Of a stretch of DNA of 62,758 bases, positions 1-10,047 are shown piece after piece. The DNA lies in contig CAYGRO010000008.1 in assembly GCA_964352335.1 (NCBI GenBank), positions 1 to 62,758 on the forward strand. The letters run 5' to 3'. Positions within the stretch are counted from its first letter, which is position 1. Each line of letters begins with the position of its first letter. The notes beneath the pieces are model-generated. The model did not search any database. It was not told the origin of the DNA and was given only the letters and a program-made list of their open reading frames with translations. Position numbers and translations under genes: made by a program. Origin of the DNA: an uncultured Gammaproteobacteria bacterium (GTDB lineage Bacteria > Patescibacteriota > Patescibacteriia > VMEV01 > CAYQCH01).

Positions 1-20
1 GGGTTAGGGTGGGGGTATGT

Positions 21-1064
21 TTAAAACCTCAGCTTCGGATCAGCGTCAATCATCTCTGGCGCCTTCTCCCCTGCTCGTTGCCATTCGAAATACGTTGCTA
101 CGGCAATCATGGCTGCATTATCTGTAGAAAACGCTCGATCGATGATCACTGGTGTGACACCTGACAACTGACTACTGACTACTGACTCAAGTGTTTCTCG
201 TAATTCAGAATTGGCTCCAACACCACCTGCAAGTAAAACAGTTTTTGAAGAATACGTTTTAGCAGCTTTAAGTGTTTTGTAAACTAAGACATCTACAACT
301 GCTCGTTGAAACGATGCTGCGATATCTGCTTTTTGCTCATCAGTTAATTCTGTATCTGGAGTGAGGTCTCTGATTTGATATTTTACCGCGGTTTTTAATC
401 CACTAAAACTAAAAGCAAAATTGTCTTTATGCTTCATTGGTCTTGGGAAATCAAATGCTTTTGGATTTCCTTGTTTAGCTAATGCATCGATTTTTGGACC
501 ACCAGGATAACCAAGCCCCATCATTTTTGCCACTTTATCAAAAGCTTCTCCAGCAGCATCGTCGATTGTTGAACCGATAACTTCATATTCTCCAATAGAT
601 CGCACCAAAATAATTTGGGTATGCCCACCAGAAACAGTTAAAACAACCATAGGAAACATCTCTGGTTTTGGTGGATAAATATTATGTCCAATAAATGGAG
701 AAAGCACATGCCCTTCTAAATGATTCGCACCAATAACCGGTTTATCCCAAGCATATCCTAGAGTTTCTGCGGCAGTGATTCCCACGAGTAAAGATGTTTT
801 TAAACCAGGGCCACGAGTGACACCAATGAGGTCAATATCTGAACCATCTCCAGATGGTGTAGATTTTAAGGCTTCTTCAATAACAAGATGAACTCGTTCG
901 GCATGATTACGAGCAGCTACTTCTGGAACAACCCCACCAAAAGCTTTATGAATCCCCATTTGTGAAGAAATCACATTAGCAAGAACATCGATTTTATTTT
1001 TATCGATATCGACAATAGCTACAGATGTTTCGTCGCAAGACGATTCGATTGCAAGAATTCTCAT
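21..1064 (-). CDS. tsaD: tRNA N6-adenosine threonylcarbamoyltransferase TsaD (Kae1/Gcp family)
   Basis: 347-aa ORF. N-terminus MRILAIESSCDETSVAIV plus the GPG and NHLEGH motifs are typical of TsaD. Confidence 0.93.
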   Translation of the reverse strand: MRILAIESSCDETSVAIVDIDKNKIDVLANVISSQMGIHKAFGGVVPEVAARNHAERVHLVIEEALKSTPSGDGSDIDLIGVTRGPGLKTSLLVGITAAETLGYAWDKPVIGANHLEGHVLSPFIGHNIYPPKPEMFPMVVLTVSGGHTQIILVRSIGEYEVIGSTIDDAAGEAFDKVAKMMGLGYPGGPKIDALAKQGNPKAFDFPRPMKHKDNFAFSFSGLKTAVKYQIRDLTPDTELTDEQKADIAASFQRAVVDVLVYKTLKAAKTYSSKTVLLAGGVGANSELRETLESVVSSQLSGVTPVIIDRAFSTDNAAMIAVATYFEWQRAGEKAPEMIDADPKLRF

Positions 1065-1114
1065 AGAGGGGTAAGGTACACTATTTTAGGTGGTTTGAAA
1101 AGGGTTGGTTACGG

Positions 1115-1247
1115 GAACCCTCCCGCCCCTGAAGGGGCACCCTCCCTTTCCAAGAGAGGGGGTCTGCATCACAATAACGTTTTTCCTCCCTAGAAAAGGG
1201 AGCCTGCCTGCCGGCAGGCAGGGATGTCCGCCTGGACAGGAGGGTTC
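1115..1247. repeat. MITE-like nested-palindrome element, family 1, copy 1
   Basis: Termini gaaccctcc / ggagggttc are inverted. Internal hairpins are ccctccctttccaagagaggg and the 20-bp palindrome cctgcctgccggcaggcagg (1203-1222). Same architecture as 11627-11776 and 36828-36977. Confidence 0.75.
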
Positions 1248-1257
1248 ATGTGACTAA

Positions 1258-2604
1258 CTACAAATCAAAACTATCTCCCAAGTTTGGAACAATAGTATCT
1301 AACCCTGCTTCTGTTAAGTCTTTCGATAATGATTCAGCAGCTTCTTCATCTCCTTGGACAATAAAGACTTTTTTAGGATGTTGTTTAATATGTTCTAATG
1401 CAAATGCTCTCAATTGGGTTTTATCAGCATGGGCACTGAAGGCTGTAATTTCATGTAAATGTGCGCGAGCAGGAATAACTTTGCCATGAATTTTGACGGG
1501 CTTCCCTTCTCTCATTTGCCGGCCAATAGAACCTTGCGCTTGGTAACCGACAATCAGTAATGTATTTTTTGCATCTGGTAAGTACATTTTTTCATGATGT
1601 AAAATTCTGCCAGCTGTGCTCATACCATTTCCAGCAATAACAATCTTTGGAGATTTTACACTTGCAATCGCTTTTGATTGATCGACGGTTTCTGTAAATG
1701 TAAGTTTTGGAAATTCAAAAATATCATCTCCGCTATTTACTTGTGCTTTTACTTCATCATTAAAATATTGTTTATGCTTTCTAAATACCTCGGTCATTTT
1801 AATGGCAAGTGGACTATCTAAGAAAACAGGGATTTCTGGGATCTCCCCTGACTCAATCATATTGTTTAAATAAAACAAGACAATTTGAGAACGTTCCAAA
1901 GAAAAACTAGGAATCATAAGTGTCCCCTTTCTTTCGATTGTTTCAAGTACAATTTCTTTCAATAATTTTGAACCGATATGAGAAGGATCATGTTTTCTAT
2001 CTCCATAAACAGACTCCATAACCAAATAATCTACTTGACCAATAATTTCTGAAGGACGAATTAATGGAGAAGGATCATTTCCTAAATCACCTGTAAACAA
2101 GATAGATTTACCATCTGCTTCGAATTTATACATTGAGGAACCAAGAACATGACCCGCATTATAGATTTTTACTTTTACTCCAGAACCTAAATCTAAGTCA
2201 TCATGGTAATTATGTTTTGTATAATATTTTTCTGCTTTTAGAACATCATCCATGGTAAAGAATGGTTCTAATTCTTTTTTCTCTGATTCTCTTTGAATAA
2301 TCCCAGCTGAATCGATTAAACTAATTTTTGCTAAATCGATTGTTGGCCCTGTTGCGATAATTTTTCCTTTAAAACCATCCCGAACTAATTTGGGAACACG
2401 TCCAATATGGTCAATATGGGCATGGGTTAAAAAAAGATAATCAATTGTCGCGGGGTCATATTTAAAATCAGTATAATTCCACGCTTCTTCTTGCTCCGAA
2501 CCTTGCTGCATTCCACAATCGACTAAAATTTTTAATCCATTTACTTCTAATAAATGATTAGCCCCCGTTACAGATTTTGCCCCTCCGTGGAATGTTAGTT
2601 TCAT
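1258..2604 (-). CDS. MBL-fold beta-CASP RNA-metabolising hydrolase (RNase J/CPSF-like)
   Basis: 448-aa ORF with the HAHIDH metallo-beta-lactamase motif (LFLTHAHIDHIGRVPKL) and a length and layout typical of beta-CASP proteins. Confidence 0.8.
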   Translation of the reverse strand: MKLTFHGGAKSVTGANHLLEVNGLKILVDCGMQQGSEQEEAWNYTDFKYDPATIDYLFLTHAHIDHIGRVPKLVRDGFKGKIIATGPTIDLAKISLIDSAGIIQRESEKKELEPFFTMDDVLKAEKYYTKHNYHDDLDLGSGVKVKIYNAGHVLGSSMYKFEADGKSILFTGDLGNDPSPLIRPSEIIGQVDYLVMESVYGDRKHDPSHIGSKLLKEIVLETIERKGTLMIPSFSLERSQIVLFYLNNMIESGEIPEIPVFLDSPLAIKMTEVFRKHKQYFNDEVKAQVNSGDDIFEFPKLTFTETVDQSKAIASVKSPKIVIAGNGMSTAGRILHHEKMYLPDAKNTLLIVGYQAQGSIGRQMREGKPVKIHGKVIPARAHLHEITAFSAHADKTQLRAFALEHIKQHPKKVFIVQGDEEAAESLSKDLTEAGLDTIVPNLGDSFDL

Positions 2605-2695
2605 AAGATTCAGTGTTTCATTGTTTCAGTGATTCAACATCACGTGCAACAATGAATAAATGTTAGTAGTCAGTTGTTAGTGGTCAGTTGTAATA

Positions 2696-3148
2696 TTACC
2701 CTCCAATCGCTTCTTTTCCATGCCCACCGTGTGTTCCAGATTTTTTCATCTTCATTTTATTGCAAACTGTTTGCATACTCCATTTTCCTGGTCCAGTTGT
2801 AGATAATGCTAAAACGCTGGCAAAAATAAGTAAATCTAATTCAAGACCAAGCAATCCATTACTTAAATTGACAAAGAGAATAATGACTGCGAATTGTAAG
2901 GCAATAATATAAGAAGCTATTTTATTAAAACAACCTAATAAGATTGCAATCCCACCAATAAATTCGATCAAACCAGAAATTAATAACATTGCAGCTGGTG
3001 CTGGTAATACCGTCGATTCAAAAAAGGCTAATAATTGGGTCGTATCCCCAAAAAGTTTCATCGCACCATGATTAATTAAAATGATTGCCAAAACAACTCT
3101 TAAAAGAACAATTCCCCACGCTTTACAGTTTTCGCAAAAAAAACTCAT
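2696..3148 (-). CDS. DoxX family membrane protein
   Basis: 150-aa multi-TM ORF with a DoxX-like N-terminal helix (LRVVLAIILINHGAMKLFG). Confidence 0.65.
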   Translation of the reverse strand: MSFFCENCKAWGIVLLRVVLAIILINHGAMKLFGDTTQLLAFFESTVLPAPAAMLLISGLIEFIGGIAILLGCFNKIASYIIALQFAVIILFVNLSNGLLGLELDLLIFASVLALSTTGPGKWSMQTVCNKMKMKKSGTHGGHGKEAIGG

Positions 3149-3391
3149 ATAGAAACAATGCTTATTGTTAAGACTTTATTTTACCAGATTAATGCGATTT
3201 AGATGAATAACTTGTGATCAATTATTCAGAATCCCCCTATTTGCCACTGTTATTGACTAATTACCTGATTTTTTCTATAGTATTCACACGCCTCACAGCA
3301 GGCCGTTTTCTTTTATTCAGATGTTTTTGAATAAAAGAATCCCTCATCACAATTGCGGCATAGCCGCGTGCTCGCACAGCGAGTTATACGC

Positions 3392-3466
3392 GGCCCCATC
3401 GTCTAACGGTTAGGACGCCAGGTTTTCATCCTGGAAATCGGGGTTCGATTCCCCGTGGGGTCACCA
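3392..3466 (+). tRNA. tRNA-Glu (anticodon UUC), CCA encoded
   Basis: Folded by hand: acceptor ggcccca/tggggtc, D arm gtct/ggac, anticodon stem ccagg/cctgg with loop ttTTCat, T arm cgggg-ttcgatt-ccccg. Confidence 0.92.
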
Positions 3467-3516
3467 AAAAGAAACTAGTTCGAGCACTCGAGAAGGGTTG
3501 TATCGAATTCCAAAAA

Positions 3517-3541
3517 GGACTACGAAAGTAGTTTCTTTTTG
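3517..3541 (+). terminator. Rho-independent terminator after tRNA-Glu
   Basis: Hairpin actac-GAAA-gtagt followed by ttcttttt. Confidence 0.5.
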
Positions 3542-3741
3542 TTATGAAAGTAAATATAAGATATTGATTATACTTTAAAATTTGTTCACACAAGGGGTGG
3601 CTCTTTTCTTGTTTTTTCATCTCAGCATCAAGGTGCAATCGTAGAAAAACAATACTCTGGCGATTGCTCAAAGAGAGCATCTTGTGAGGGAAAACACATG
3701 ATCTTACTTACATTAACAAGATATTTATACCTTAGCATATT

Positions 3742-3787
3742 CTAAAAATTGAAACGACCCTCCGCCACCTAAAGGTAGCGGAGGGTC
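3742..3787 (-). terminator. Terminator of GC-rich cassette A
   Basis: 10-bp GC stem gaccctccgc/gcggagggtc, followed on the minus strand by a T-rich run. Confidence 0.6.
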
Positions 3788-3824
3788 AAGGAGTCAAGAA
3801 GCCCACGCCCTCTAGGAGCGAGGA

Positions 3825-4607
3825 TCAGGACTTCCGAGGAAGCACGACCGACGACACGCAGAGACTGCTGCCCCCGCAGTAGTCGTTGTAGCGGTTGATG
3901 TGGAGGCCGACACGGTCGATGCTGCAGACATCTACCCAAAAGCCGCACGACGAGTTGGAACTAGTGCGGACATAGAGCGTCTTTAACAGGCGCTCCCCGT
4001 TGACGAGGAAGTGCAGGATGATCATGTTGATCACCTGCCTTGCCGACGGAACCTCGTCCGAGTCGGGAATGAGCTTCATCTGCTCATTCCACGTCTTCCT
4101 CCTGGAGCTGTCCACGGGCGTCTTGCGGATGAGTCGCCAGCACGCCTTGTCGGTCTCCTGAGCGAATGCCTCGCTGTTGAACCAGTCCTGCGGGTAGAAC
4201 AGCCCATTGCGAGCCTTCTGGCGCACGTTGAGGATGCTCAGGCCGATGTCGGCAACGAGGACGTGCGTTTCGGCACATGCACGCAGGGTCTCCTCGGAGA
4301 ACGGGATCTCAGCGAGGGTAGCCAACGGAATCTCACTCACATGCCCGAAGTGCTGGACGACCTCGGGCAAGCCGAGGAAGTTCGTCCTCATGATGGCACG
4401 GGCGGCCTTCTGGCTCTCGGTCTCTTGAACCTCAACCACGATTCCACCACGCCGCCAGAACGTCACGAGACGCTGGCGGAAGTCGGGATCGTCGATCGGT
4501 GTTTGCAGGTCATCGAACGTCAGACCTGCGTCCATGAGGCGACGCATGCACTCAGCGGTGCGAGCAATCACCTTACTCGGGTCGGGGTGGGCAACGGTGC
4601 TAGCCAT
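3825..4607 (-). CDS. hypothetical protein (GC-rich cassette A)
   Basis: Long ORF in a high-GC segment. Start moved to the ATG at 4607 (MASTVAHPD), which is preceded by AGGAGG at 7 nt. No family recognised. Confidence 0.7.
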   Translation of the reverse strand: MASTVAHPDPSKVIARTAECMRRLMDAGLTFDDLQTPIDDPDFRQRLVTFWRRGGIVVEVQETESQKAARAIMRTNFLGLPEVVQHFGHVSEIPLATLAEIPFSEETLRACAETHVLVADIGLSILNVRQKARNGLFYPQDWFNSEAFAQETDKACWRLIRKTPVDSSRRKTWNEQMKLIPDSDEVPSARQVINMIILHFLVNGERLLKTLYVRTSSNSSCGFWVDVCSIDRVGLHINRYNDYCGGSSLCVSSVVLPRKS

Positions 4608-4764
4608 CGCTAACCTCCTAATACGAAATGCTATCCGAGTCGCTCGGATCACACGACAAGCCTCCCTATCCGCCTCTCTGGCGTAAACATGAGACAAGTG
4701 GACTGATTGTCACCTAGGGTGGCAAACATAACACTTACCTGATATAAGTAGTTTATGACTTAGA

Positions 4765-4793
4765 AATATGGCACATTTTAGCTTAATTGTCAA
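4765..4793 (-). promoter_or_regulatory. sigma70-like promoter for cassette A
   Basis: TTGACA, 17-nt spacer, CATATT on the minus strand, in AT-rich DNA upstream of a leader of about 160 nt. Confidence 0.4.
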
Positions 4794-4890
4794 ACGAATT
4801 CCAAGAATGAGATATTGGCCCCCCCCCTCTGTATTTCAACTTCTTTTACAGATATAATAAGTTTATCAATCTAACTTTAACCTCACCCCT

Positions 4891-5289
4891 ATGCTAAAAA
4901 AACTTCTTTCTAATAAAAAAACAATTGCTTATTGGTTCTTTACTCTTTGGATGTCTTTAGGTTTAACATCTGCAGGAATTGTGCAGTTATTACGAATGGA
5001 TTTTGAAGTAGAATTTATTGTAAACCTTGGTTACCCTATTTATTTTTTGACGATTCTAGGGCTATCTAAATTACTTGGAGTTATTGCTGTGCTTATTCCT
5101 AAATTCCCGCTTTTAAAAGAATGGGCCTATGCGGGATTTGTTTTTACCATGCTCGGTGCCATTTATTCAGAAGTTGTAACTAATTCTCCATTTAGTGAAA
5201 TCTTCCCACCAATATTAATGCTCATTCTTATTTCACTTTCATGGTATTTACGACCAGCAAGTAGAAAAACTTGTAGCAAATGTGCATAG
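4891..5289 (+). CDS. DoxX-like (DoxX_2) membrane protein
   Basis: 132-aa, four-TM ORF with LGYPIYF and LKEWAYAGF motifs. Hairpin terminator at about 5325-5350. Confidence 0.65.
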   Translation: MLKKLLSNKKTIAYWFFTLWMSLGLTSAGIVQLLRMDFEVEFIVNLGYPIYFLTILGLSKLLGVIAVLIPKFPLLKEWAYAGFVFTMLGAIYSEVVTNSPFSEIFPPILMLILISLSWYLRPASRKTCSKCA

Positions 5290-5435
5290 ACTTAAAGATT
5301 GCATTCTCTTGTAAAAACACTCCTATGCGAGTGTTTTTCTTTTTTCTTAACAAAATCAAAAGGCCTCTACTCTTGAGCAATTATTCCACTTAGCAAAGCG
5401 GTTCAATTACTTTCAAATAGAGGCCCTTGTCGTCG

Positions 5436-6338
5436 CTAGCTTGCCTGAACGCCGAGTTCAGCAAGCCGGCTCTTGTGCACGATGAGCGTCTCGTAGTCGA
5501 TGAGGGTCGTGCTTGTGGGGGGCTTGGGGTTGATGCGTTCGAGCACCCCAGTCTCTTGGTGGACCTTGAGATAGACGAAGCCAAGCTTGAGCGAGATGCC
5601 CAAAACCGGAGTGTCGTCCCAGGGGGTTCTGTAACCGGGCATGAGCATGGCAGCCCCGACCTCCCCCTTCCAGAGTCGAGCCATACTGATGCCAATGCTT
5701 CCACCAACCACATCGAAGCCGTAGAAACGCTTCGATTCTTGTTGGGAACATTGGGCGTCCAAGAACCACAAGGCGCCAAGGGAATGACGACCAGGCACAT
5801 CGCGAAGCAGTATATGCTGCGAGAGCAATGTACGCTCGGGGTCGACGACCAATCGCTCTTCGTGTCGGAACTCGCTGATGCGATGCACCTTCTCCGACTC
5901 GGGGCGATAGTAGTAGATCTCTTGTGTCATCACATCACCGATGACAACACCAATGACCTCTTCCCCTACCACCAAGGCGAGCATGGTCCCAATGCCATGT
6001 GATTGCTTGCGGGCAAATGCCTTGGTGCCATCCAATGGGTCGACCGTGAAGTATGCCCCATCGGCGCGAAGAGACTCGACCTTAAGGTCATCTTCTTCGG
6101 CGAGAATGCCATAGCCTGGAAACCACTCTTTCAGCAGCCGAATGCAAATGTTCTGCGCGGCCCCATCTGCCGTTGTGACCAAGTCGTTGAGCTGACCACC
6201 ATACCCAAGTTTGGGCTTGGCTTCGAAGCTTCGACGCTGGTCACGGATTTCTTGGATTACCCTTCGGATAATCTCTTTCATGCCCGCCCCAATCATGCCT
6301 GGGACAAGCGGACCGTAGTCTTTTTGTTTCACTGTCAT
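5436..6338 (-). CDS. inositol monophosphatase / CysQ-family phosphatase (GC-rich cassette B)
   Basis: IMPase signatures ILAEEDD, VDPLDGTKAF and PWDDTPVLGI in a 300-aa high-GC ORF. Confidence 0.8.
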   Translation of the reverse strand: MTVKQKDYGPLVPGMIGAGMKEIIRRVIQEIRDQRRSFEAKPKLGYGGQLNDLVTTADGAAQNICIRLLKEWFPGYGILAEEDDLKVESLRADGAYFTVDPLDGTKAFARKQSHGIGTMLALVVGEEVIGVVIGDVMTQEIYYYRPESEKVHRISEFRHEERLVVDPERTLLSQHILLRDVPGRHSLGALWFLDAQCSQQESKRFYGFDVVGGSIGISMARLWKGEVGAAMLMPGYRTPWDDTPVLGISLKLGFVYLKVHQETGVLERINPKPPTSTTLIDYETLIVHKSRLAELGVQAS

Positions 6339-6371
6339 GCAACCTTCTCTTTCTTTTTTTCATGACAAAAA

Positions 6372-6400
6372 ATTGTACCAAACCTGTCTGTAAAAATCAA
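6372..6400 (-). promoter_or_regulatory. sigma70-like promoter for cassette B
   Basis: TTGATT, 17-nt spacer, TACAAT on the minus strand, about 30 nt upstream of the SD gaagg and the ATG. Confidence 0.45.
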
Positions 6401-6498
6401 CTAATCTCTTCTATTTATTCTATTAATTGCTTTATAAAATACCCCAAACAAAAAACTGCTATTTCAGCAGTTTTTTATTTTCTTTTAAAGAAAGTAAA

Positions 6499-7176
6499 TT
6501 ACAATACTACTACCATTTCTACTTGATCATCACTTACTGTTTGTAAAGTAAATGTATACCCCCAGTGTTCTTGTTCTTTTTCTCTTACACTTCCTAATGT
6601 AACTGTTCTCACATCATCAACTGGGCTGATAACATCAAATGTTACTCGATACTCCCCTTCCCAAATACATTGAACATCTGGCGAACATTGTTGATCGTCA
6701 ATTGAAGTTAAAGTAAGCACCATTCCATTGGTAAACATTACACGTTCATTGAGATTTATTTTGAATGGCTCATTATAGTTTACAGATTTGTCTAAACTTT
6801 CATCAAATTCTGGACAAGCAGCAAATGTGCAATTAGGACCAGTTCGACTTACATAAGAACCATCTGGACATCGAGAAGCATCTTGCATACAAAATACTTG
6901 GTCATCATCTTCATCTTTCGATCCGAATTCAAACGATAGTCCATCATCTCCTCGCTCAAAATAAGTTTCACCATGTTTTGCAGCATTCGAGAGAAAAAAT
7001 CCTCCTATAGTGAACACAAAAATCAAACCAATAAGCATTAAGACAGCTGAGACTATGAGATTTGCAACAAGATAGTGACCAAAGACACCAAAGCAGCGTT
7101 TTATAAAACTATCAGAAATAATCCATCCTTTATAAGAATAGGTGTCTGTCGATTGTTTTTGTTCAGTTTTATTCAT
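6499..7176 (-). CDS. hypothetical membrane-anchored protein
   Basis: 225-aa low-GC ORF with one N-terminal TM helix and a Cys-containing extracytoplasmic domain. Confidence 0.6.
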   Translation of the reverse strand: MNKTEQKQSTDTYSYKGWIISDSFIKRCFGVFGHYLVANLIVSAVLMLIGLIFVFTIGGFFLSNAAKHGETYFERGDDGLSFEFGSKDEDDDQVFCMQDASRCPDGSYVSRTGPNCTFAACPEFDESLDKSVNYNEPFKINLNERVMFTNGMVLTLTSIDDQQCSPDVQCIWEGEYRVTFDVISPVDDVRTVTLGSVREKEQEHWGYTFTLQTVSDDQVEMVVVL

Positions 7177-7238
7177 AATAATAGAGATTAATAATCTTGT
7201 TGATTATAGCAAAATAAGGCTATTTAGGTAGTTTTGTA

Positions 7239-7267
7239 TTGACATTGTGTTAATAATATAGTAAAAA
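7239..7267 (+). promoter_or_regulatory. sigma70-like promoter for cassette C
   Basis: TTGACA, 17-nt spacer, TAAAAA, upstream of the SD aggagg. Confidence 0.35.
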
Positions 7268-7314
7268 ACTTATTCATGGATTCAGTCCGTTTATACGAAA
7301 GGAGGACAAAAACC

Positions 7315-8184
7315 ATGAATTTTCCGTTCCAATTGGTGATCAGTTTGATCGCCGCTATCGACTCAGGTCGAAAAGCAGTGATCCCTGATCACGAGCTGGC
7401 TGAGATCCCGCCCGAACGGCGGGTCGAAAAGCCAGCGGCAGCTTCCCTCATCTTCCCTTCCAACTGGGAAGACTACCTCACCAACCTGCGCAACTTGCCC
7501 ATCCTCTTGGGGGTGAACAAGTTCCGTGGATGGCTCGAGGTCCTCGGAGGCGGCCTCCAGTCCGTCGAGGAAGAAGCCATGGATGCGATCATGGGAGGCG
7601 CTAGCTTCGCCAACCTGATCGACCCGAAGAACGAGAAGCCCACCAACTACGGTGGCGCGTTCTACCACATCCAGGCCCAAGAACTTCTCGTGCGCGGGCA
7701 GATGCGTCAGCTGGTCTACAACACCCGTGGTGGTGACAACGACCAACTCGCCGCATTGCGCGAAGTCATCGAGGAAGGCATCGTCAACGGTGTGGCCATC
7801 ATCAGTATGCTCCCCAACGCGGTCAATGTCGGCGTTCCCTTCAGCCCGTTCAACCTCAACCTCCGCCGTGTGTTGGAGAAGAAGTTCCCAGGCATGTATG
7901 ACGGATCCGAGACCTACGCGCAAATTGTCGCACAGCGAGGCTTTCTCGCCACCGTCGACGTAAATGCGCCCGACCTCCCCAAGTTCGCTGACAACACTGA
8001 GATCAGTGGTCTGAGGTGGGTCACCCTGGCCGAGCTCTTCGAGCTTGCCAAGGCAAAGGCTGGCCAAGAGGCTGACCTTTCGCCGAATGTGCAGGACAGC
8101 GTCTTGCGCAATACTGTTCCACTCCACTTCATGAAGTGGTTCGTTGAGTGGCTCATCGCTCAACAACGGGACTTCTCCTGGTAA
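7315..8184 (+). CDS. hypothetical protein (GC-rich cassette C)
   Basis: 289-aa high-GC ORF. Start at the ATG at 7315 (MNFPFQLV), preceded by AGGAGG. No family recognised. Confidence 0.7.
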   Translation: MNFPFQLVISLIAAIDSGRKAVIPDHELAEIPPERRVEKPAAASLIFPSNWEDYLTNLRNLPILLGVNKFRGWLEVLGGGLQSVEEEAMDAIMGGASFANLIDPKNEKPTNYGGAFYHIQAQELLVRGQMRQLVYNTRGGDNDQLAALREVIEEGIVNGVAIISMLPNAVNVGVPFSPFNLNLRRVLEKKFPGMYDGSETYAQIVAQRGFLATVDVNAPDLPKFADNTEISGLRWVTLAELFELAKAKAGQEADLSPNVQDSVLRNTVPLHFMKWFVEWLIAQQRDFSW

Positions 8185-8338
8185 CAGACTCAACCGCCAA
8201 TCTTTAGGCAACTGAGACTGGGTAAGAGGGTGTAATGATTTTCCCGACTACCACACCAAGAGAAATAAACTAGTTTTAGACTCTATAGAAAAGCGGCTAC
8301 ATCCATTCATGGGTGCAGCCGCTTTAAAACGTCCTTTT

Positions 8339-9484
8339 TTATTTTTGCAAAAAATTCCATTCGAGTATTTCAGTTTCTCCTTCATAAGGATCATCTCCAT
8401 TTGTAACATCTTCATCAAAGTTTGGATACTCTACAATACGCAACGTTTCTTTATCTAGGAATTCTAGGTCTGCGGAATTTTCTAGAGAAAAGATTTCATT
8501 TGCACCCATCATCCAACCAAGTTCAGCATTGCGCATATATTGTTTATACTCTTTTCCTTCTGCTAAATCATAAATATAAACGGCACCAAAAGCAGGGTCT
8601 CCTTCCCAGTTTTCATGAGCAAAGGCAATAAGTGGCTCATCTTCAAATGTATAAATTTTACTTACACCCCGAACTCCATCGTAATGCATGCCAAATAATG
8701 GAACTAATTCCCAATTAGTTAAATCGAAGAAATTTATACCATATTCACCAAGCCCTATAATAAATCTATTAGCAACTAATACAGGTTCTCTTCCCGCCCC
8801 AGTAGAATTATCCAATTGCTCTGCAATAGAACCAGGTAACGTTAAATAAGTATTATTTACTAATACTGTTAAAGCATAGGAATAAAAACCTTCATCACCA
8901 CCAGTGCCAGGCTGAACAAGTAATTCAACTCGTGAAGAATATAAATGATAATCGCTATAAACGGCATTTGATAATGCTAAACAAGCGATTTCTTTATCTA
9001 ATTGTAAATAGTCTTGTATTAATTGATACTGTTCAATAGTTAATTGTCCAATACCAATAAGTTGATCACTCGCGATATCTGCCACCCAAATTTGATTGGC
9101 TTCATCTCTAAAAAGATTTTTAATTAATTTTCCGCCTGTATCTAGATATTCTTCACAACCCAAAATAAATGTAGGATCTGAAATTCCGATCTCAGAATCG
9201 ATAAACGCTTTCCAAATCACTGGATTATCGGCAATGCTTGTTTCTCTCACCGTAATATCTGTGACAGTCAGTTGTTCTTTAAGCGCTTCTGGAATAGTCA
9301 TTTTATCTGTATCATTGATATCGTTGAAGTCAACCTCGTTTTTTTGTACTTGATTATTTACAAGTTGATCCAATTGTGGTGAAACGACAACTACCGTATT
9401 TTGTTTTTGAACAAAAGACCAAATAAAAAGAATTCCTCCGCCTAGAAGGATAATCGCAAATACAGCTGTGATAAACTTTTGCAT
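8339..9484 (-). CDS. hypothetical signal-anchored protein
   Basis: Low-GC ORF. Start moved to MQKFITAVFAIILLGG, which gives an N-terminal TM helix and removes the overlap with the divergent hsp20 gene. Confidence 0.6.
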   Translation of the reverse strand: MQKFITAVFAIILLGGGILFIWSFVQKQNTVVVVSPQLDQLVNNQVQKNEVDFNDINDTDKMTIPEALKEQLTVTDITVRETSIADNPVIWKAFIDSEIGISDPTFILGCEEYLDTGGKLIKNLFRDEANQIWVADIASDQLIGIGQLTIEQYQLIQDYLQLDKEIACLALSNAVYSDYHLYSSRVELLVQPGTGGDEGFYSYALTVLVNNTYLTLPGSIAEQLDNSTGAGREPVLVANRFIIGLGEYGINFFDLTNWELVPLFGMHYDGVRGVSKIYTFEDEPLIAFAHENWEGDPAFGAVYIYDLAEGKEYKQYMRNAELGWMMGANEIFSLENSADLEFLDKETLRIVEYPNFDEDVTNGDDPYEGETEILEWNFLQK

Positions 9485-9568
9485 AAAAACTTCTTGTAAA
9501 GAATTACTTGTCTCTACAATGTAATACACATTCTTGTTCTCCGCAAAATTATGGTATAATTTTATTAT

Positions 9569-10045
9569 ATGAGTGATACATACTTTCCTATTGAAAATGA
9601 TCTGTCTTGGAAGCAAATTGCCCAAGAAATAAAGCAGAACGAATCTGCTCGTGCTTTAGAATTATCAAAGGAATTAGAAGAACACCATTCTGAATTAGCT
9701 AAATTGTCACGAGAAAAAGAACATGGTCAATTAGCTTTAGATATTCACCAAACTCCTGCTGATCTTATTTTAGAAGCACCAATTGCAGGTGTTCAACCAG
9801 AAGATTTAGATATTAGTATTCATGACGATGTCTTAACCATCAAGGGAACAAGAAAACGTCATAAAGAAGTGAAAGAAAAAGACCTTATTTATCAAGAATG
9901 TCATTGGGGAGAATTTAGCAGATCTATTGTTTTACCTTTCGATGTCATCTCTGATCGTGTAGAAGCTGAGTTAAATGAAGGTATTTTAACTATTCGATTA
10001 CCAAAAGCGAGCTCATCTAGAAAAATCAAGGTAAAAGGGAAATAG
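9569..10045 (+). CDS. Hsp20/alpha-crystallin small heat-shock protein
   Basis: 158-aa ORF whose C-terminal half has the alpha-crystallin pattern (LTIKGTRK ... AELNEGILTIRLPK). Confidence 0.82.
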   Translation: MSDTYFPIENDLSWKQIAQEIKQNESARALELSKELEEHHSELAKLSREKEHGQLALDIHQTPADLILEAPIAGVQPEDLDISIHDDVLTIKGTRKRHKEVKEKDLIYQECHWGEFSRSIVLPFDVISDRVEAELNEGILTIRLPKASSSRKIKVKGK

Positions 10046-10047
10046 AC

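Noticed and set aside
3426-3680. 84-aa minus-strand ORF
   Set aside because: It overlaps tRNA-Glu and the AT-rich spacer, and has no SD.
4011-4613. Plus-strand 200-aa ORF, with similar antisense ORFs at 5427-6002, 7363-8211, 35357-36097, 58454-58768 and 60740-61159
   Set aside because: All are mirror-frame ORFs inside high-GC coding regions. They have Arg/Pro/Ser/Gly-rich translations and no ribosome-binding sites, which is the expected stop-codon depletion of GC-rich DNA.
7315-8184. A Nudix hydrolase assignment for cassette C, based on AALREVIEEGIV
   Set aside because: The spacing does not fit the Nudix box GX5EX7REUXEEXGU: the upstream Gly/Glu positions are missing and the G is shifted. 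I left it as hypothetical.
8339-9625. The long N-terminal extensions in the ORF track (also at 3825-4697, 10570-11601, 16404-17963, 27208-29643, 32694-35444 and 59602-59904)
   Set aside because: Internal starts have clear SD sequences and give proper signal peptides or family-typical N-termini. The extensions run through promoters, leaders, MITE-like repeats or the divergent hsp20 gene.
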